Shown here: in pieces, positions 1 to 9,500 of the stretch
How the letters are laid out: each line of letters begins with the position of its first letter
Numbering within the stretch: position 1 is the first letter of the stretch
NCBI GenBank assembly: GCA_964605165.1
Contig: CAZSBR010000004.1
Span: 1 to 35,518, forward strand
Reading direction: 5' to 3'
Source: an uncultured Phycisphaeraceae bacterium
Lineage (GTDB): Bacteria; Planctomycetota; Phycisphaerae; Phycisphaerales; UBA1924
DNA length: 35,518 nt
Program-made: the position numbers and the translations under genes
Notes under the pieces: model-generated
What the model saw: only the letters and a program-made list of their open reading frames with translations
The model's database searches: none
Told to the model about the DNA's origin: nothing

Positions 1-89
1 ATCAGCAGCACGTTCAGCAGGACCGGTGCCGCGGCAGAGGGCACGAACCGTCCGTGCGCATGCAGCACGCAGCCGAGCACGGCCGAATC
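1..89 (-). other. murJ: Continuation of the murJ reading frame downstream of the in-frame TGA at 90-92; runs off the window
   Basis: The reverse complement of 1-89, read in the same frame as ORF 90-605, gives DSAVLGCVLHAHGRFVPSAAAPVLLNVLL. This matches the conserved MurJ segment (E. coli ...[27 protein letters not shown]). Confidence 0.6.
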
Positions 90-536
90 TCACACAGCGG
101 GCATGAACGGCAGCGTGATCGCGATGAGCCGAAGCGAGAGATCACGCTCGGGGCTCTCATCGAGCACGACCAGGAGCGTGATGAGCACGATCTCAGCGAT
201 GATGAGGATCGAGCCCGTGACGATTGCAAGTGCTGCGAAGACGCCAGAGGCAACGCGTCCTGGGGCAGCGGGATCGCCGCTGGCAAGGGTGCGGGTATAC
301 ACCGGAAGGAATGCGGCGGAGAGAGCACCTTCGCCGAAGAGGCGGCGGAAGACATTGGGCACGATGAAGGCGGCCATGAAGGCCGACCCGAGCGCAGTAT
401 CGCCGAAGAGACGAGCCGTCACGAGGTCTCGCACCAGGCCGAAGAGACGGCTGAAGAGTGTCCACCCCGCGATCGTGCCCGTAGCGCGGCCCACGCCGGC
501 GCTGTGATCAGCCGGTGCGTCAGCGGGACGGGCCAT
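90..536 (-). CDS. murJ: Lipid II flippase MurJ/MviN, N-terminal 148 aa, ending at an in-frame TGA (likely pseudogene, sequencing error or split gene)
   Basis: SRLFGLVRDLVTARLFGDTALGSAFMAAFIVPNVFRRLFGEGALSAAFLPVY matches the MurJ N-terminal signature. The ATG at 536-534 overlaps the VanZ-like stop (ATGA), so it is preferred over the ORF-track start at 605. The ORF stops at TGA 92-90, although MurJ proteins are about 500 aa. Confidence 0.8.
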   Translation of the reverse strand: MARPADAPADHSAGVGRATGTIAGWTLFSRLFGLVRDLVTARLFGDTALGSAFMAAFIVPNVFRRLFGEGALSAAFLPVYTRTLASGDPAAPGRVASGVFAALAIVTGSILIIAEIVLITLLVVLDESPERDLSLRLIAITLPFMPAV

Positions 537-931
537 CAGCTCACCTCTTTGTCGGTCGGGCGAGCACTGGGGCCCAGCAGCCTCCGGAGCAAGAGCAGAA
601 AGCAACTGGCCAGGGCGATGCCCACCAGGTTGGCCGCGTAGTCGAGGGGGTCTGCAACGCGCTGGAAGATGGCGATGGCCTGCGTGATCTCGTCAAACCC
701 CGCGATGGCAGACGAGGCCAGCGCGCTCGTCAGAACATTGCGCGGCGTCAACACCTGCCGATCAAAGAGACGAGCGCCCGTCATCAACAGCGCGAGCAAC
801 CCAAAGGCCCCGCAGTGAATGAACAGGTCAAGGCGAAAGCCGCTCTCAGGGTTGACATTGAGCCTCGGCCAGTGCGTTGCCGTCAGCAGCGCAGCGACGT
901 AGCCCGCCAGTGCGAGCCGGGCGAGCATCAC
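536..931 (-). CDS. VanZ-like family membrane protein
   Basis: Small polytopic membrane protein (131 aa) with the VanZ-type pattern ...IHCGAFGLLALL...AGFDEITQ...DPLDYAANLVGIAL. Start is GTG 931 or ATG 928, overlapping the parA-like stop. Its stop overlaps the murJ ATG. Confidence 0.75.
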   Translation of the reverse strand: MMLARLALAGYVAALLTATHWPRLNVNPESGFRLDLFIHCGAFGLLALLMTGARLFDRQVLTPRNVLTSALASSAIAGFDEITQAIAIFQRVADPLDYAANLVGIALASCFLLLLRRLLGPSARPTDKEVS

Positions 932-1812
932 AGCGGCGTCTCGACCGCAGCGGCCTCGGGTTTGGCCTGCACTTCGCTCGTGGGCCGGGCAGCGGGCGCG
1001 GTCTCGAGGCCCGCGAGCACAGCGCCGGCCAGCGCTCGGTAGTCCTCCGCACCCGGAGCGGTGGGGGCGTAGTCAAAGATCGTCTGGCCAAAGCTCGGGC
1101 ACTCGGCGAGCTTGATGTTGCGCCGAATGGCCGGCTGGAGCACCGAAGCGCCGTCCCATGGCTCACCGCTGCCGATGGACTCGGCGAGGAACGCATCAAG
1201 ATCCGCGACGACCTCCCGCGTGTGGGAGGCCTGGCCGTCGTAGCTGCAGAGCACGATGCCCATCACCCGCAGGGACGGATTCACGCCATCGCTCAAGAGC
1301 TTGACGGTTTCGAGCAGCTTGCCCACGCCGTGCAGCGCGAGAAAGTGCGCCTGCATCGGAATCAACACCTGATCCGCTGCCGCGAGCGCGTTGATGGTGA
1401 GCAGACCGAGCGAGGGCGGGCAATCAATGAGCACCGTGTCGTATCGGCCGGCCAGCTTTGCCAGGGCGTTTCTCAGGCGGTCCGTTCGATCGGAGAGGCT
1501 GGCCAGTTCGGTTTCCGCCGCGGCGAGGTCGGTCTCGGCCGCGAGCACGTCGAGACGTTCGCCAGCGGAGCGGATGGCCACGTGGGGTTCGATCTTGTCA
1601 TCGAGCAGCACGTCGTAGACGCTCAGTTCGCCCTCACTCGGCTCGATGCCGAGGTGGAGCGAGGCGTGGGCCTGCGGATCCAGATCGATGAGCAGCGTCC
1701 GCCGACCTCGCCGGGCGATGCCCGCCGCGAGGTTGACAGCGGTGGTGGTCTTGCCCACGCCGCCCTTCTGGTTCATGAGTGCCAGCGTCCGTGCTGCTCG
1801 GTGTGCGTCCAT
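928..1812 (-). CDS. ParA/Soj-family (MinD/ParA superfamily) ATPase, orphan: no parB adjacent
   Basis: Deviant Walker A LMNQKGGVGKTTTAVNLAA, then LLIDLDPQAHAS and VLIDCPPSLG, collinear with ParA/Soj. ATG at 1812-1810. Confidence 0.9.
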   Translation of the reverse strand: MDAHRAARTLALMNQKGGVGKTTTAVNLAAGIARRGRRTLLIDLDPQAHASLHLGIEPSEGELSVYDVLLDDKIEPHVAIRSAGERLDVLAAETDLAAAETELASLSDRTDRLRNALAKLAGRYDTVLIDCPPSLGLLTINALAAADQVLIPMQAHFLALHGVGKLLETVKLLSDGVNPSLRVMGIVLCSYDGQASHTREVVADLDAFLAESIGSGEPWDGASVLQPAIRRNIKLAECPSFGQTIFDYAPTAPGAEDYRALAGAVLAGLETAPAARPTSEVQAKPEAAAVETPL

Positions 1813-1869
1813 GCGTCGAGTATACCGGGCGCGGGCAGACCGACGGCTGTGCCGAGACCCGCTGCGGCC

Positions 1870-3273
1870 TCAGACCACCTCTGTGGAGGCTTCTGGCCGC
1901 GACTGGCCATCGCCAACCGACCGGGTGGCCCCCGGGGCGGGCGTTGATCGGGGTGGCCGACCGCTTGTCAGCGGCGTAGGCGAGGCCTCGGCAAGCTCAC
2001 GCTGACGCTTGCGAGCAAGCTTGATCGCCGTCACCCCGATGTAGGAGATGAACACGATCGCAAAGACGTAGGTAATGCGAGCCCGCCCGAGCGTCATCAG
2101 GACGCCCGTGGCGGCAAAGGCCAGCCCAATGCCGTAGAGCGAGAGCACCGCGCCCTTCACGCCCAGCGAGCGCTTGAGCATGTGGTGGAGGTGGTCGGCA
2201 TCAGGATCGGACATCCGCTTGCCCGCGAGCTTGCGTCGGACGATGGCGAGCACCGTGTCGATCACCGGGATCGCGTACATCGTCATGCCAGCGATCACCA
2301 GGGCGGTCTTGCCCGTATCGCCCAGACTGAGCACGATCACGATCGTGATGAAGCCCAGGAGCATCGAGCCGCAGTCCCCGAGGAAGATGCTCGCGGGATT
2401 GAAGTTGTGCGGCAGGAACCCAAGACATGCGCCCAGCACGGCCATGCACATGACGATCCGCTGCCCATCGCGCGGGCCATCCTCAAGCACCGCCATGCCC
2501 AGTGCTACGACGAGCAGGCCTGCAACGCAGATGCCCGTCACGCCCGTGAGCAGGCCATCAAGGCCATCGATCAGGTTGGAGGCGTTGCAGGCGCCGAGCA
2601 CAGCAATCGCGATCACCGCGGTGCCGATCCAGTAGATGACATCGATGGTGATGGCCTCACCGATAAGGGGCCACTCCTGGCCAAGATCGAAGATGAAGCC
2701 GATGGTCTCCTGTCCGCCGATCTCTACCGTTGAAATGCCAAACCATTCAGCCACGGGCAGCACAACCCCGGCTGCGACCTTGACGCCGACGTCCTGCACC
2801 GCCAACGCTGCAGCGGCGAACAACTGCCCGGCGATCTTCAGCCTGGGTTCAATGCCCACCACGTCGTCGATAAGACCGAGCAGCATGATCACCGTCATGC
2901 CGAGCAGAACGGAGATCGGAACGGGCTCGGGCGTGCGCATGGATCCGGGTGCTACCGAGAATTCGATGAGCCCAAGCTGCGGGTAGATCGTCGCGGCGTA
3001 GCTGTAGGCGATGCCGGCGACGATCCCGACGAAGACGGCCACGCCGCCGAGATACGCCACGGGCACCCGGTGCACCTTCCGGGGGTCGGGCCTGTCTACC
3101 ACACCGTTCTGCACAGCGAGCCACCGCATCACGGGCGTCGCGCACAGCGACACGATGAACGCCACCGCGAGCACACCGATGTAGGCGTGGAAGTACTCAA
3201 GCCGCGTCGCCGCGGCTGCGGGCTCGGGCGAAGCAGCCACCTGGAGCAGTTCGTTGGTGAAGTCCTGCTTCAA
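1870..3273 (-). CDS. WecA/MraY-family polyprenyl-phosphate N-acetylhexosamine-1-phosphate transferase (glycosyltransferase family 4)
   Basis: Polytopic membrane protein with NASNLIDGLDGL and the WecA-type DADHLHHML motif. The only in-frame start near the N-terminus is TTG 3273-3271, which overlaps the upstream stop (TTGA). Confidence 0.85.
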   Translation of the reverse strand: MKQDFTNELLQVAASPEPAAAATRLEYFHAYIGVLAVAFIVSLCATPVMRWLAVQNGVVDRPDPRKVHRVPVAYLGGVAVFVGIVAGIAYSYAATIYPQLGLIEFSVAPGSMRTPEPVPISVLLGMTVIMLLGLIDDVVGIEPRLKIAGQLFAAAALAVQDVGVKVAAGVVLPVAEWFGISTVEIGGQETIGFIFDLGQEWPLIGEAITIDVIYWIGTAVIAIAVLGACNASNLIDGLDGLLTGVTGICVAGLLVVALGMAVLEDGPRDGQRIVMCMAVLGACLGFLPHNFNPASIFLGDCGSMLLGFITIVIVLSLGDTGKTALVIAGMTMYAIPVIDTVLAIVRRKLAGKRMSDPDADHLHHMLKRSLGVKGAVLSLYGIGLAFAATGVLMTLGRARITYVFAIVFISYIGVTAIKLARKRQRELAEASPTPLTSGRPPRSTPAPGATRSVGDGQSRPEASTEVV

Positions 3274-4280
3274 GGAGATGCCTCCCCAGCAGAAACCGTG
3301 GCCCCGATCTGCTCAGCGATGTCCGCGATCGTTCGTTCGAGCGGAATCTTGGGCGCAAAGTCGATGGCCTGGCGGATGCGAGAGAGATTCGGCACGCGCC
3401 TGGGCAGATCCTCAAAGCCGGCGCCGAATGCATCCTCGAAGCTCACATGCTCGATGCGGGAAGAGCTTTGCGTGACCTCGATCACAAGTTCGGCAAGCTG
3501 CTCGATGCTGATCTCGCGGTCCGAACCGATGTTGAAGACCCGGCCCACAGCGCTCTCATGGCCCAGCAGCCGCGGCAGCGCATCGGCAACATCGCGCACA
3601 TCGCAGAAGCAACGCGACTGCTGGCCATCGCCAAAGACTGTCAGCGGTTCTCCACGCAGCGCGGCCTGCACGAAGCGGGGAAGCACCATGCCGTAGGCAC
3701 CAACCTGCCTCGGGCCGACCGTGTTGAAGAAGCGAGCGACCACCGCGGGAAGCCCATGGGAGGCGTTCAGCGAGATCGCGAGAAACTCGTCCAGCGCCTT
3801 GGAGTAGCCATACGACCAGCGCGAGATGCTCGTCGGACCAAACACCACGTCGTCATCTTCACTGAAGGGCGTGCGCGTGCCCTTGCCGTACGCCTCGGAA
3901 CTCGACGCGATCAGCACCGTCGGCGGCGAGTCGTGCTCGAGCGCGTACCGCAGGACCTCCGCCGTGCGCCCGACGTTCACCTCGATGGCTGCTGCGGGAT
4001 CATCCACCACGAGCTTGACGCCCACCGCTGCAGCGAGGTGGTAGACCTCGTCGAAGCAGAGGTTCTCCTCGCGGAGGATCGGCAGAGCCTCGGCCACATC
4101 CATGGCCAGCAGGCGCACATCGGGGCACGCGGCCAAGTTGGCCCTGGAGCCCGTCGAGAGGTCATCGACGACGATGACTGAATCACCTCGTGCGACGAGC
4201 CTCTCAACCAGATGCGAGCCAATGAAGCCCGAACCGCCCGTGACGAGGGTGTGTCTGCGGTTGTCTCGGGCGTGCGGCAA
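3270..4280 (-). CDS. NAD-dependent nucleotide-sugar epimerase/dehydratase (extended SDR)
   Basis: Rossmann motif VTGGSGFIGSHL near the N-terminus, SSSEAYG and catalytic YGYSK (YxxxK). The start codon is TTG at 4280-4278. Confidence 0.9.
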   Translation of the reverse strand: MPHARDNRRHTLVTGGSGFIGSHLVERLVARGDSVIVVDDLSTGSRANLAACPDVRLLAMDVAEALPILREENLCFDEVYHLAAAVGVKLVVDDPAAAIEVNVGRTAEVLRYALEHDSPPTVLIASSSEAYGKGTRTPFSEDDDVVFGPTSISRWSYGYSKALDEFLAISLNASHGLPAVVARFFNTVGPRQVGAYGMVLPRFVQAALRGEPLTVFGDGQQSRCFCDVRDVADALPRLLGHESAVGRVFNIGSDREISIEQLAELVIEVTQSSSRIEHVSFEDAFGAGFEDLPRRVPNLSRIRQAIDFAPKIPLERTIADIAEQIGATVSAGEASP

Positions 4281-4286
4281 TGTGCA

Positions 4287-6509
4287 TCAGGCCTCTGAGG
4301 ATTTCGCGTACTCGTGCGTCGCAGCGATGTTACGCCGCAGATAGCCACCCGCTGCAGCCTTGACGCCGTTGATCACCACGCCGAGGAACTCGCCGCGGCA
4401 ATCGGTGAACTCGTTGCGCAGACGGCTCACAAGGCCGCGGGTCTCGCTCATCGCCCGAACGACGATCAGGCTTGAGTCCACGCGGTTGGCGATCGCCCGG
4501 CCATCTCCCGAAACGACTGCGGGCGGCGTGTCGATGATGACGAGGTCCGCCCCGGCCGTCGCTGCCGCAATGGCATCGCTGAAGGCGGGGGTCGAGAGCC
4601 GCTCGCTGGACCGCGATGCTGTGGTTCCTGCGGTGATGACGCTCAGGTTGGGAATCTGCGTAGGCCGCAGCACCGCCTCGAGGGTCACGGTGTCGCCGCT
4701 GAGCAGGTCGCCCAGGCCCTCTGCATCATCGATGCCGAAGATCTTGTGAAGTCTCGGCTTGCGGAAGTTGGCATCAATCAGCACAACCTTCATGTCGGAC
4801 TTGGCACAGCATGCGGCGAGGTTGGCCGCGATGGACGTCGCGCCTGACCCCGGCATGGCGGGCACCACAGCCAGGCTGCGATGGCCCGCTGCGTTCATTC
4901 GGCGTGCAAGCGAGGCCCGCATCTGCCGGAAACTCTCGGCCAGGGCAGACTTGTCCTGCGCGTGGTAGGCCAGCGCGATCTCCTCATGCTTGACCGGGTC
5001 TTCGCTTGCATCGGGGATGATGCCGGCCAGACGCATCCGCGGCATCGAGGTGATGTCCGAGGCGCCCTTGACGCGTTGATCGAGGATCTCCTTCAGGAAG
5101 ATGAGGCCCGTCGTCAGGCCAAGAAGCACAACCATCGTCGCCGGGATGACCACGAGCGGCTTGGGCGAGTGGCGGGAGTCCGGCACCTGCTCGAACTGCG
5201 CAACGGTGACACGGGCGGCGTCGTCGAGGCCGATGACGATTCGATAGTCCTCAAGCTGAGCCTGAAGCGTGTTCTTACGGTTGGTGATGAGGCCAATCTC
5301 GGCTTCAAGGTCATTGACCTGTGCGAGAATCTGCGTCATCTCCGACTTGCGGAGCTGGGCTTCTTCAATCGCCTGAAGGAGGTCGTCTTGCTGAGCGCGC
5401 AAACCCGCCAACTGCTGGTCAATGGAGTCATACAGGCCTCTGAATCGCGAGTCCAGCAATTCCTGCCGCTTGCTCTCGAGCTCCTGGTTCCACGCATCGA
5501 TGCGGGACTCGATGCCCTTGAACGTGCGGTGGTTGGGGCCGATGCCCGACTGTCGCAGCGCGCTGAGCTCTGCCTCGAGCCCGGTGATGGTCTGGCGGAT
5601 GTTGCGCAGCTCGGGGTCGGACTCGACCTCTGCACGGAGCGAATCGGGGTAGGCGATCGCTCCGGCAGTGGCATCCAACTGCGCGCTGTACAGTTGCCGC
5701 AGGCTCTCGGCGTTCTCGATCTGAAGCTGCACGCGCGTGAGCTGGAACTGGGAGTTCTCGATGCGCTTCTGCGCAGCGCTGGTGTTGGTCTGGAGGTCGT
5801 CGATGCCGCCGGAGACGAGCAGGTCATCGCGGCGGCGCTTGAGGTTCTGCTCGCGGGTGTTGAGGTCAGTGAGCTGACGAGAGAGCTCTTCCTCCTGGTT
5901 GCGAGCCTGCAGATTGGCACGGTTGCTGAGGGTCTGGAGGTACTCCTCGCGGAAGCGGCCCGCGAGTGTGTAGGCGTCCGCCGGCGTGGCGTAGTCCACG
6001 TGGAGTGCGATCAGCTTGGTGCGTGCGAGTGCGCCGGCCGAGACCCGGTCCGCGAGATCCTGGCGTGCAGCTCGCTTGTCGAACGATCCGCCGTCCATAA
6101 ACTGCGATGCCCATTCCTGAGCCTGCTGAACTGTTCGCGGGTTGTTCAGAACAGCGTCGATGACCTCGCGTGAGGTCATGAGCTGAGCCTGCGAGTTCAT
6201 GAAGCGGTCGAGTTCCTTGTCGTCCTCGCGGAGCGTGGTCTGCGTGGCGCTGGCCCGGTCGCCCTGAGCCTGGAACAAGACCGTCGATCGGAACAGGGGT
6301 GCCTGCTCCTTCCAGACGTAGAACACACCGACACCGAGCGCCGCGCTGATGACGCCGACGGCGACGAGCAGGGGCATGTACTTCAGGCCGATCTTGACGG
6401 GATCGATCGGCGGAAGGCCCGGCGAGCCACTGCTGCTCTGGGCGGGAGCCCTCTGAGCACGGGAAGCAGCCGACGGATCAGCCTGTGGGGGGGTAGGAGT
6501 GGTGGTCAT
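4287..6509 (-). CDS. Wzc/GumC-like polysaccharide co-polymerase fused to a degenerate BY-kinase-like P-loop domain
   Basis: N-terminal TM helix, a long periplasmic coiled-coil region and a second TM helix. The C-terminal domain has Walker A' VVLIDANFRKP and Walker B LVIIDTPP. Its Walker A reads PGSGATS (Ala codon 4839-4841 where the Lys of GK[ST] is expected), and there is no C-terminal Tyr cluster. Confidence 0.85.
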   Translation of the reverse strand: MTTTPTPPQADPSAASRAQRAPAQSSSGSPGLPPIDPVKIGLKYMPLLVAVGVISAALGVGVFYVWKEQAPLFRSTVLFQAQGDRASATQTTLREDDKELDRFMNSQAQLMTSREVIDAVLNNPRTVQQAQEWASQFMDGGSFDKRAARQDLADRVSAGALARTKLIALHVDYATPADAYTLAGRFREEYLQTLSNRANLQARNQEEELSRQLTDLNTREQNLKRRRDDLLVSGGIDDLQTNTSAAQKRIENSQFQLTRVQLQIENAESLRQLYSAQLDATAGAIAYPDSLRAEVESDPELRNIRQTITGLEAELSALRQSGIGPNHRTFKGIESRIDAWNQELESKRQELLDSRFRGLYDSIDQQLAGLRAQQDDLLQAIEEAQLRKSEMTQILAQVNDLEAEIGLITNRKNTLQAQLEDYRIVIGLDDAARVTVAQFEQVPDSRHSPKPLVVIPATMVVLLGLTTGLIFLKEILDQRVKGASDITSMPRMRLAGIIPDASEDPVKHEEIALAYHAQDKSALAESFRQMRASLARRMNAAGHRSLAVVPAMPGSGATSIAANLAACCAKSDMKVVLIDANFRKPRLHKIFGIDDAEGLGDLLSGDTVTLEAVLRPTQIPNLSVITAGTTASRSSERLSTPAFSDAIAAATAGADLVIIDTPPAVVSGDGRAIANRVDSSLIVVRAMSETRGLVSRLRNEFTDCRGEFLGVVINGVKAAAGGYLRRNIAATHEYAKSSEA

Positions 6510-6567
6510 CGGTGGTTCTTCCGCAAGCTTGGATCGGTATCAGGCCATCGCTGATAACCGAAGATCG

Positions 6568-9500
6568 TCAGTTCATTCCTAGATCGGCCAGCAAACGCTC
6601 GTAGTCCTGCCGAATTACATCGTTGAGTGCAGAGGGGTCCGCCACCCGCTGCTGGACCGCCTCGGTGATCTCCCGGGCCTCTTCGGGCCTCTCCAAGGCC
6701 AAGAGGGCCTCGGCCAGATGGACGCAGGCTGCCACCCAACTCGCCGGGTTCTGGGCGGTGGCACGCGCCGCCTCCAAGGCCCGGACAGAGGTCTCGGCGT
6801 CGCCGGCACGCAGCAGGCTCACGCCCAGCGTGTGCAGGACGTCCGAGTCATTGGGGGCAAGCTCCGCAGCCCGCCTCGCCAGGGGCACCGCCTTGGCGTG
6901 CTCGTTCAGCTGAATGCTGTACGTGTACGCCATGTTGTTGAGGACCGTCGGATCGTTCGGCCGCTTCTCCGCGGCCCTTTCCCACGCTGCGATCGCGTCG
7001 GTGTACTGCTCGTCGCCGTAGGCGTTCGTGCCGAGTGATCGCCAGGCCGTGAAGGCGACCTCTGAGTCGGCTGTGGCCGCCGCGTGCTGCTCGAGGATGC
7101 GCCGCCCCTCGGCCTTGGTGTCGTCCTCGGAGATCAGCAGCAGGCCTCGGAAGAGACGTGCCCACTCGCTCGTTCCCGGCTCGGCCCCGAAGCGATCGAG
7201 GAAGTCGAGCGTCGCCGTGCGGTCATCAAGCATGGTCTGTATGAAGTTGAACCACACGAGCATGTCGCGGGCGATGGGCCGCAGCGAGCGGTAGGCCTCG
7301 ACGGATTCGCGCAGCGCTGCATCCGAACGGCCCTGCAGGTGGAACACGCGGGCCCGCATCAGGCGAAGGCCGCCATCCTGCTCGATGAGATCCGCCATGC
7401 CCGGGCGAGCGAGAACACTCTCGGCATCGACCGTTCGCGGCGGGCTGTCACTCAGCAGGAGGTCGAGCACACGCACCGCACGGGCGGGTGTGAGCTCGAT
7501 GTCCAGAGCCGAGCGGTACATCTGCACAGCTTCACGCTGGCGATTGGCGAGGGCAAAGGCCGTGCCGAGACGATCACGCAGATCCGCATCGCGCGGCTTC
7601 AGGGCCATCGCATCGCGGGCGATCTCGACCGCCTCGTTCGTCCGACCCTGGTTGACGAGATACTCGACAAGGTTGAGCCGAGCATCATCAAGCCCGGGGT
7701 TCAGCTCGATCGCCTTACGAAGATCGTTGATGGCTTCCTCCGCCCGGTTCATCGAGGCATACAACCTCGAACGGGCGCGATAGGCCTGCCAGAACCCGGG
7801 GCTCAGCTCGATTGCCTTGTCGAGGTCCAACAGGCGATCCCGCTGAAGCTCGGGCTGATCGCTCATCGCCTCGGCTCGCTTGACGTACACGAGGGCGTTG
7901 TCCGGATACTCGTTGACGATGCCATCAAGCAGCGAGCGAGCCCGGGCAGCGTCTCCCATGCGCATCACCAGATCGGCCTCGAGCAGGCGAGTCGACAGCG
8001 TGCGTTGGTCCTCGGGAAGCGAGGCAAGGGCTGCAGACGCCTCGTCCACCTGGCCCGTGCGGATGAGTGTCTCGATGCGGCGCTGCTCCCACACGGGTGA
8101 TTCGCTGGGGTTGCCCGCGTTCCGAATCCGCGTGTAGGAAGCGTTGGCGCCCGCGAAGTCGCCACGCGTCATCAGCAGGTCGCCCAAGATCTTGTCGACC
8201 TGCATCTGCACAGGATCCTGCCACGGCAGCGCCTGCTGAAGAGTCACGATTGCTTCCTGCAGTCGTCCGCGGTCACGCAGGAAGCGGAAGAGCTTGAGGT
8301 ACGAGTTCGCTCTGGTCTCGGGCCGCGAGCTTGCAATCTCGCGAGCGAAGATGGCCCGCGCCGTATCGAGGTCGCCCTGCTCGGCCCGCAGGTTGGCCCT
8401 GAGGGTGGTGAGCATGTCCCTGTCCTCGACCTCAGTGCCGAGTTCATCGACGATCCGCTGGGCGCGATCGAACTCGCTGTTCTCGATGTAGAGTCCCGCG
8501 AGCTGCACCCGGTTGGCCAGGTCGCTCGGATCCTGTGCTGCCCGCTGTTCGCGCTGGGCACGGGCGAGTGCCTTGTCGCCGTACTGGCCCTCAAGTCGCA
8601 GGTGCAGATCGGTGAACTCCCGGTCCGTGCGTGCGATCTGCTCGTTGTTGCGCTTGAAGATCAAAGCATCTTCGGGCCGTCCCAAGGTCAGCAGCGTCCT
8701 GATCTTGGAATTGATGACCACCGTGAGATCGGGGCGGATCTCCAGCGCGCGGTCATAGGCGTCGAGCGCCCGATCGTGCTGGCTGTTTTCGTTGTACATC
8801 AGGCCGAGCAAACGCCACAGACTGGCGTTGTTCGGGAACCGATCCGTCGCGGAAGCCAGCGTCTCGATTGCAGTGGCCATGTCGCCACGCCCGCTTGCAA
8901 CACGCGCCACATACGTCGCGCCGTTGGCACCATCGGCGTTGGCCTGCACAGCTCGCTGGGCGACCGTGTCTGCCACCTCGAAGTTCTGCTCACGCAGAGC
9001 CCGAGTCATCCGTGCTTCGAGCACCGCGGGGTTGTCCGGAGCTATCTCGATCGCGTTGTCGAGCGCTCGCTCGGCGGCCTCGAGCTCTCCGAGCTGCTGA
9101 AGCGTCAGCCACTTGGCCACCGCCAACTGGCCCGCGTCGCCCTCCATCTGGTTCAGGAAGTACTCGATCACCTGTGCGCGGCTGCCCGTCTGGACAGCTT
9201 CGTTCAGCAGCAGCAGTTCCTCGTCCTCTGGGTTGGCATCAAGACCCGTGGCGGCAACGCGCCTGGCATCCTCGAGTTCACCAGCAAGGACGTACTGCCG
9301 AGCGAGGTTGGTCACCAGCCGCGGCTCGGGGCCATGCTCCTCGATCGCGCGCTCAAGCCGGGCGCGGGCCGCAGCCGGGTTGCCAAGCTCGCTTCCCGTG
9401 CCCTGATCCAGGCGCCTTGCCTCGAGCAACGCCTGGTCGATCGGGTCCTCGGCCGGGCGATCACCGCCAGCGATCTCGAGCCGTGTGACCGCCTCCTGCA

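Noticed and set aside
90-92. TGA in murJ read as selenocysteine or as a reassigned codon.
   Set aside because: The aligned MurJ column is not a Cys/Sec position (Ser/Leu region in E. coli). All other genes in the window terminate normally, many at TGA. The small downstream GC hairpins are unremarkable for this GC content. Sequencing error or pseudogenisation is more parsimonious.
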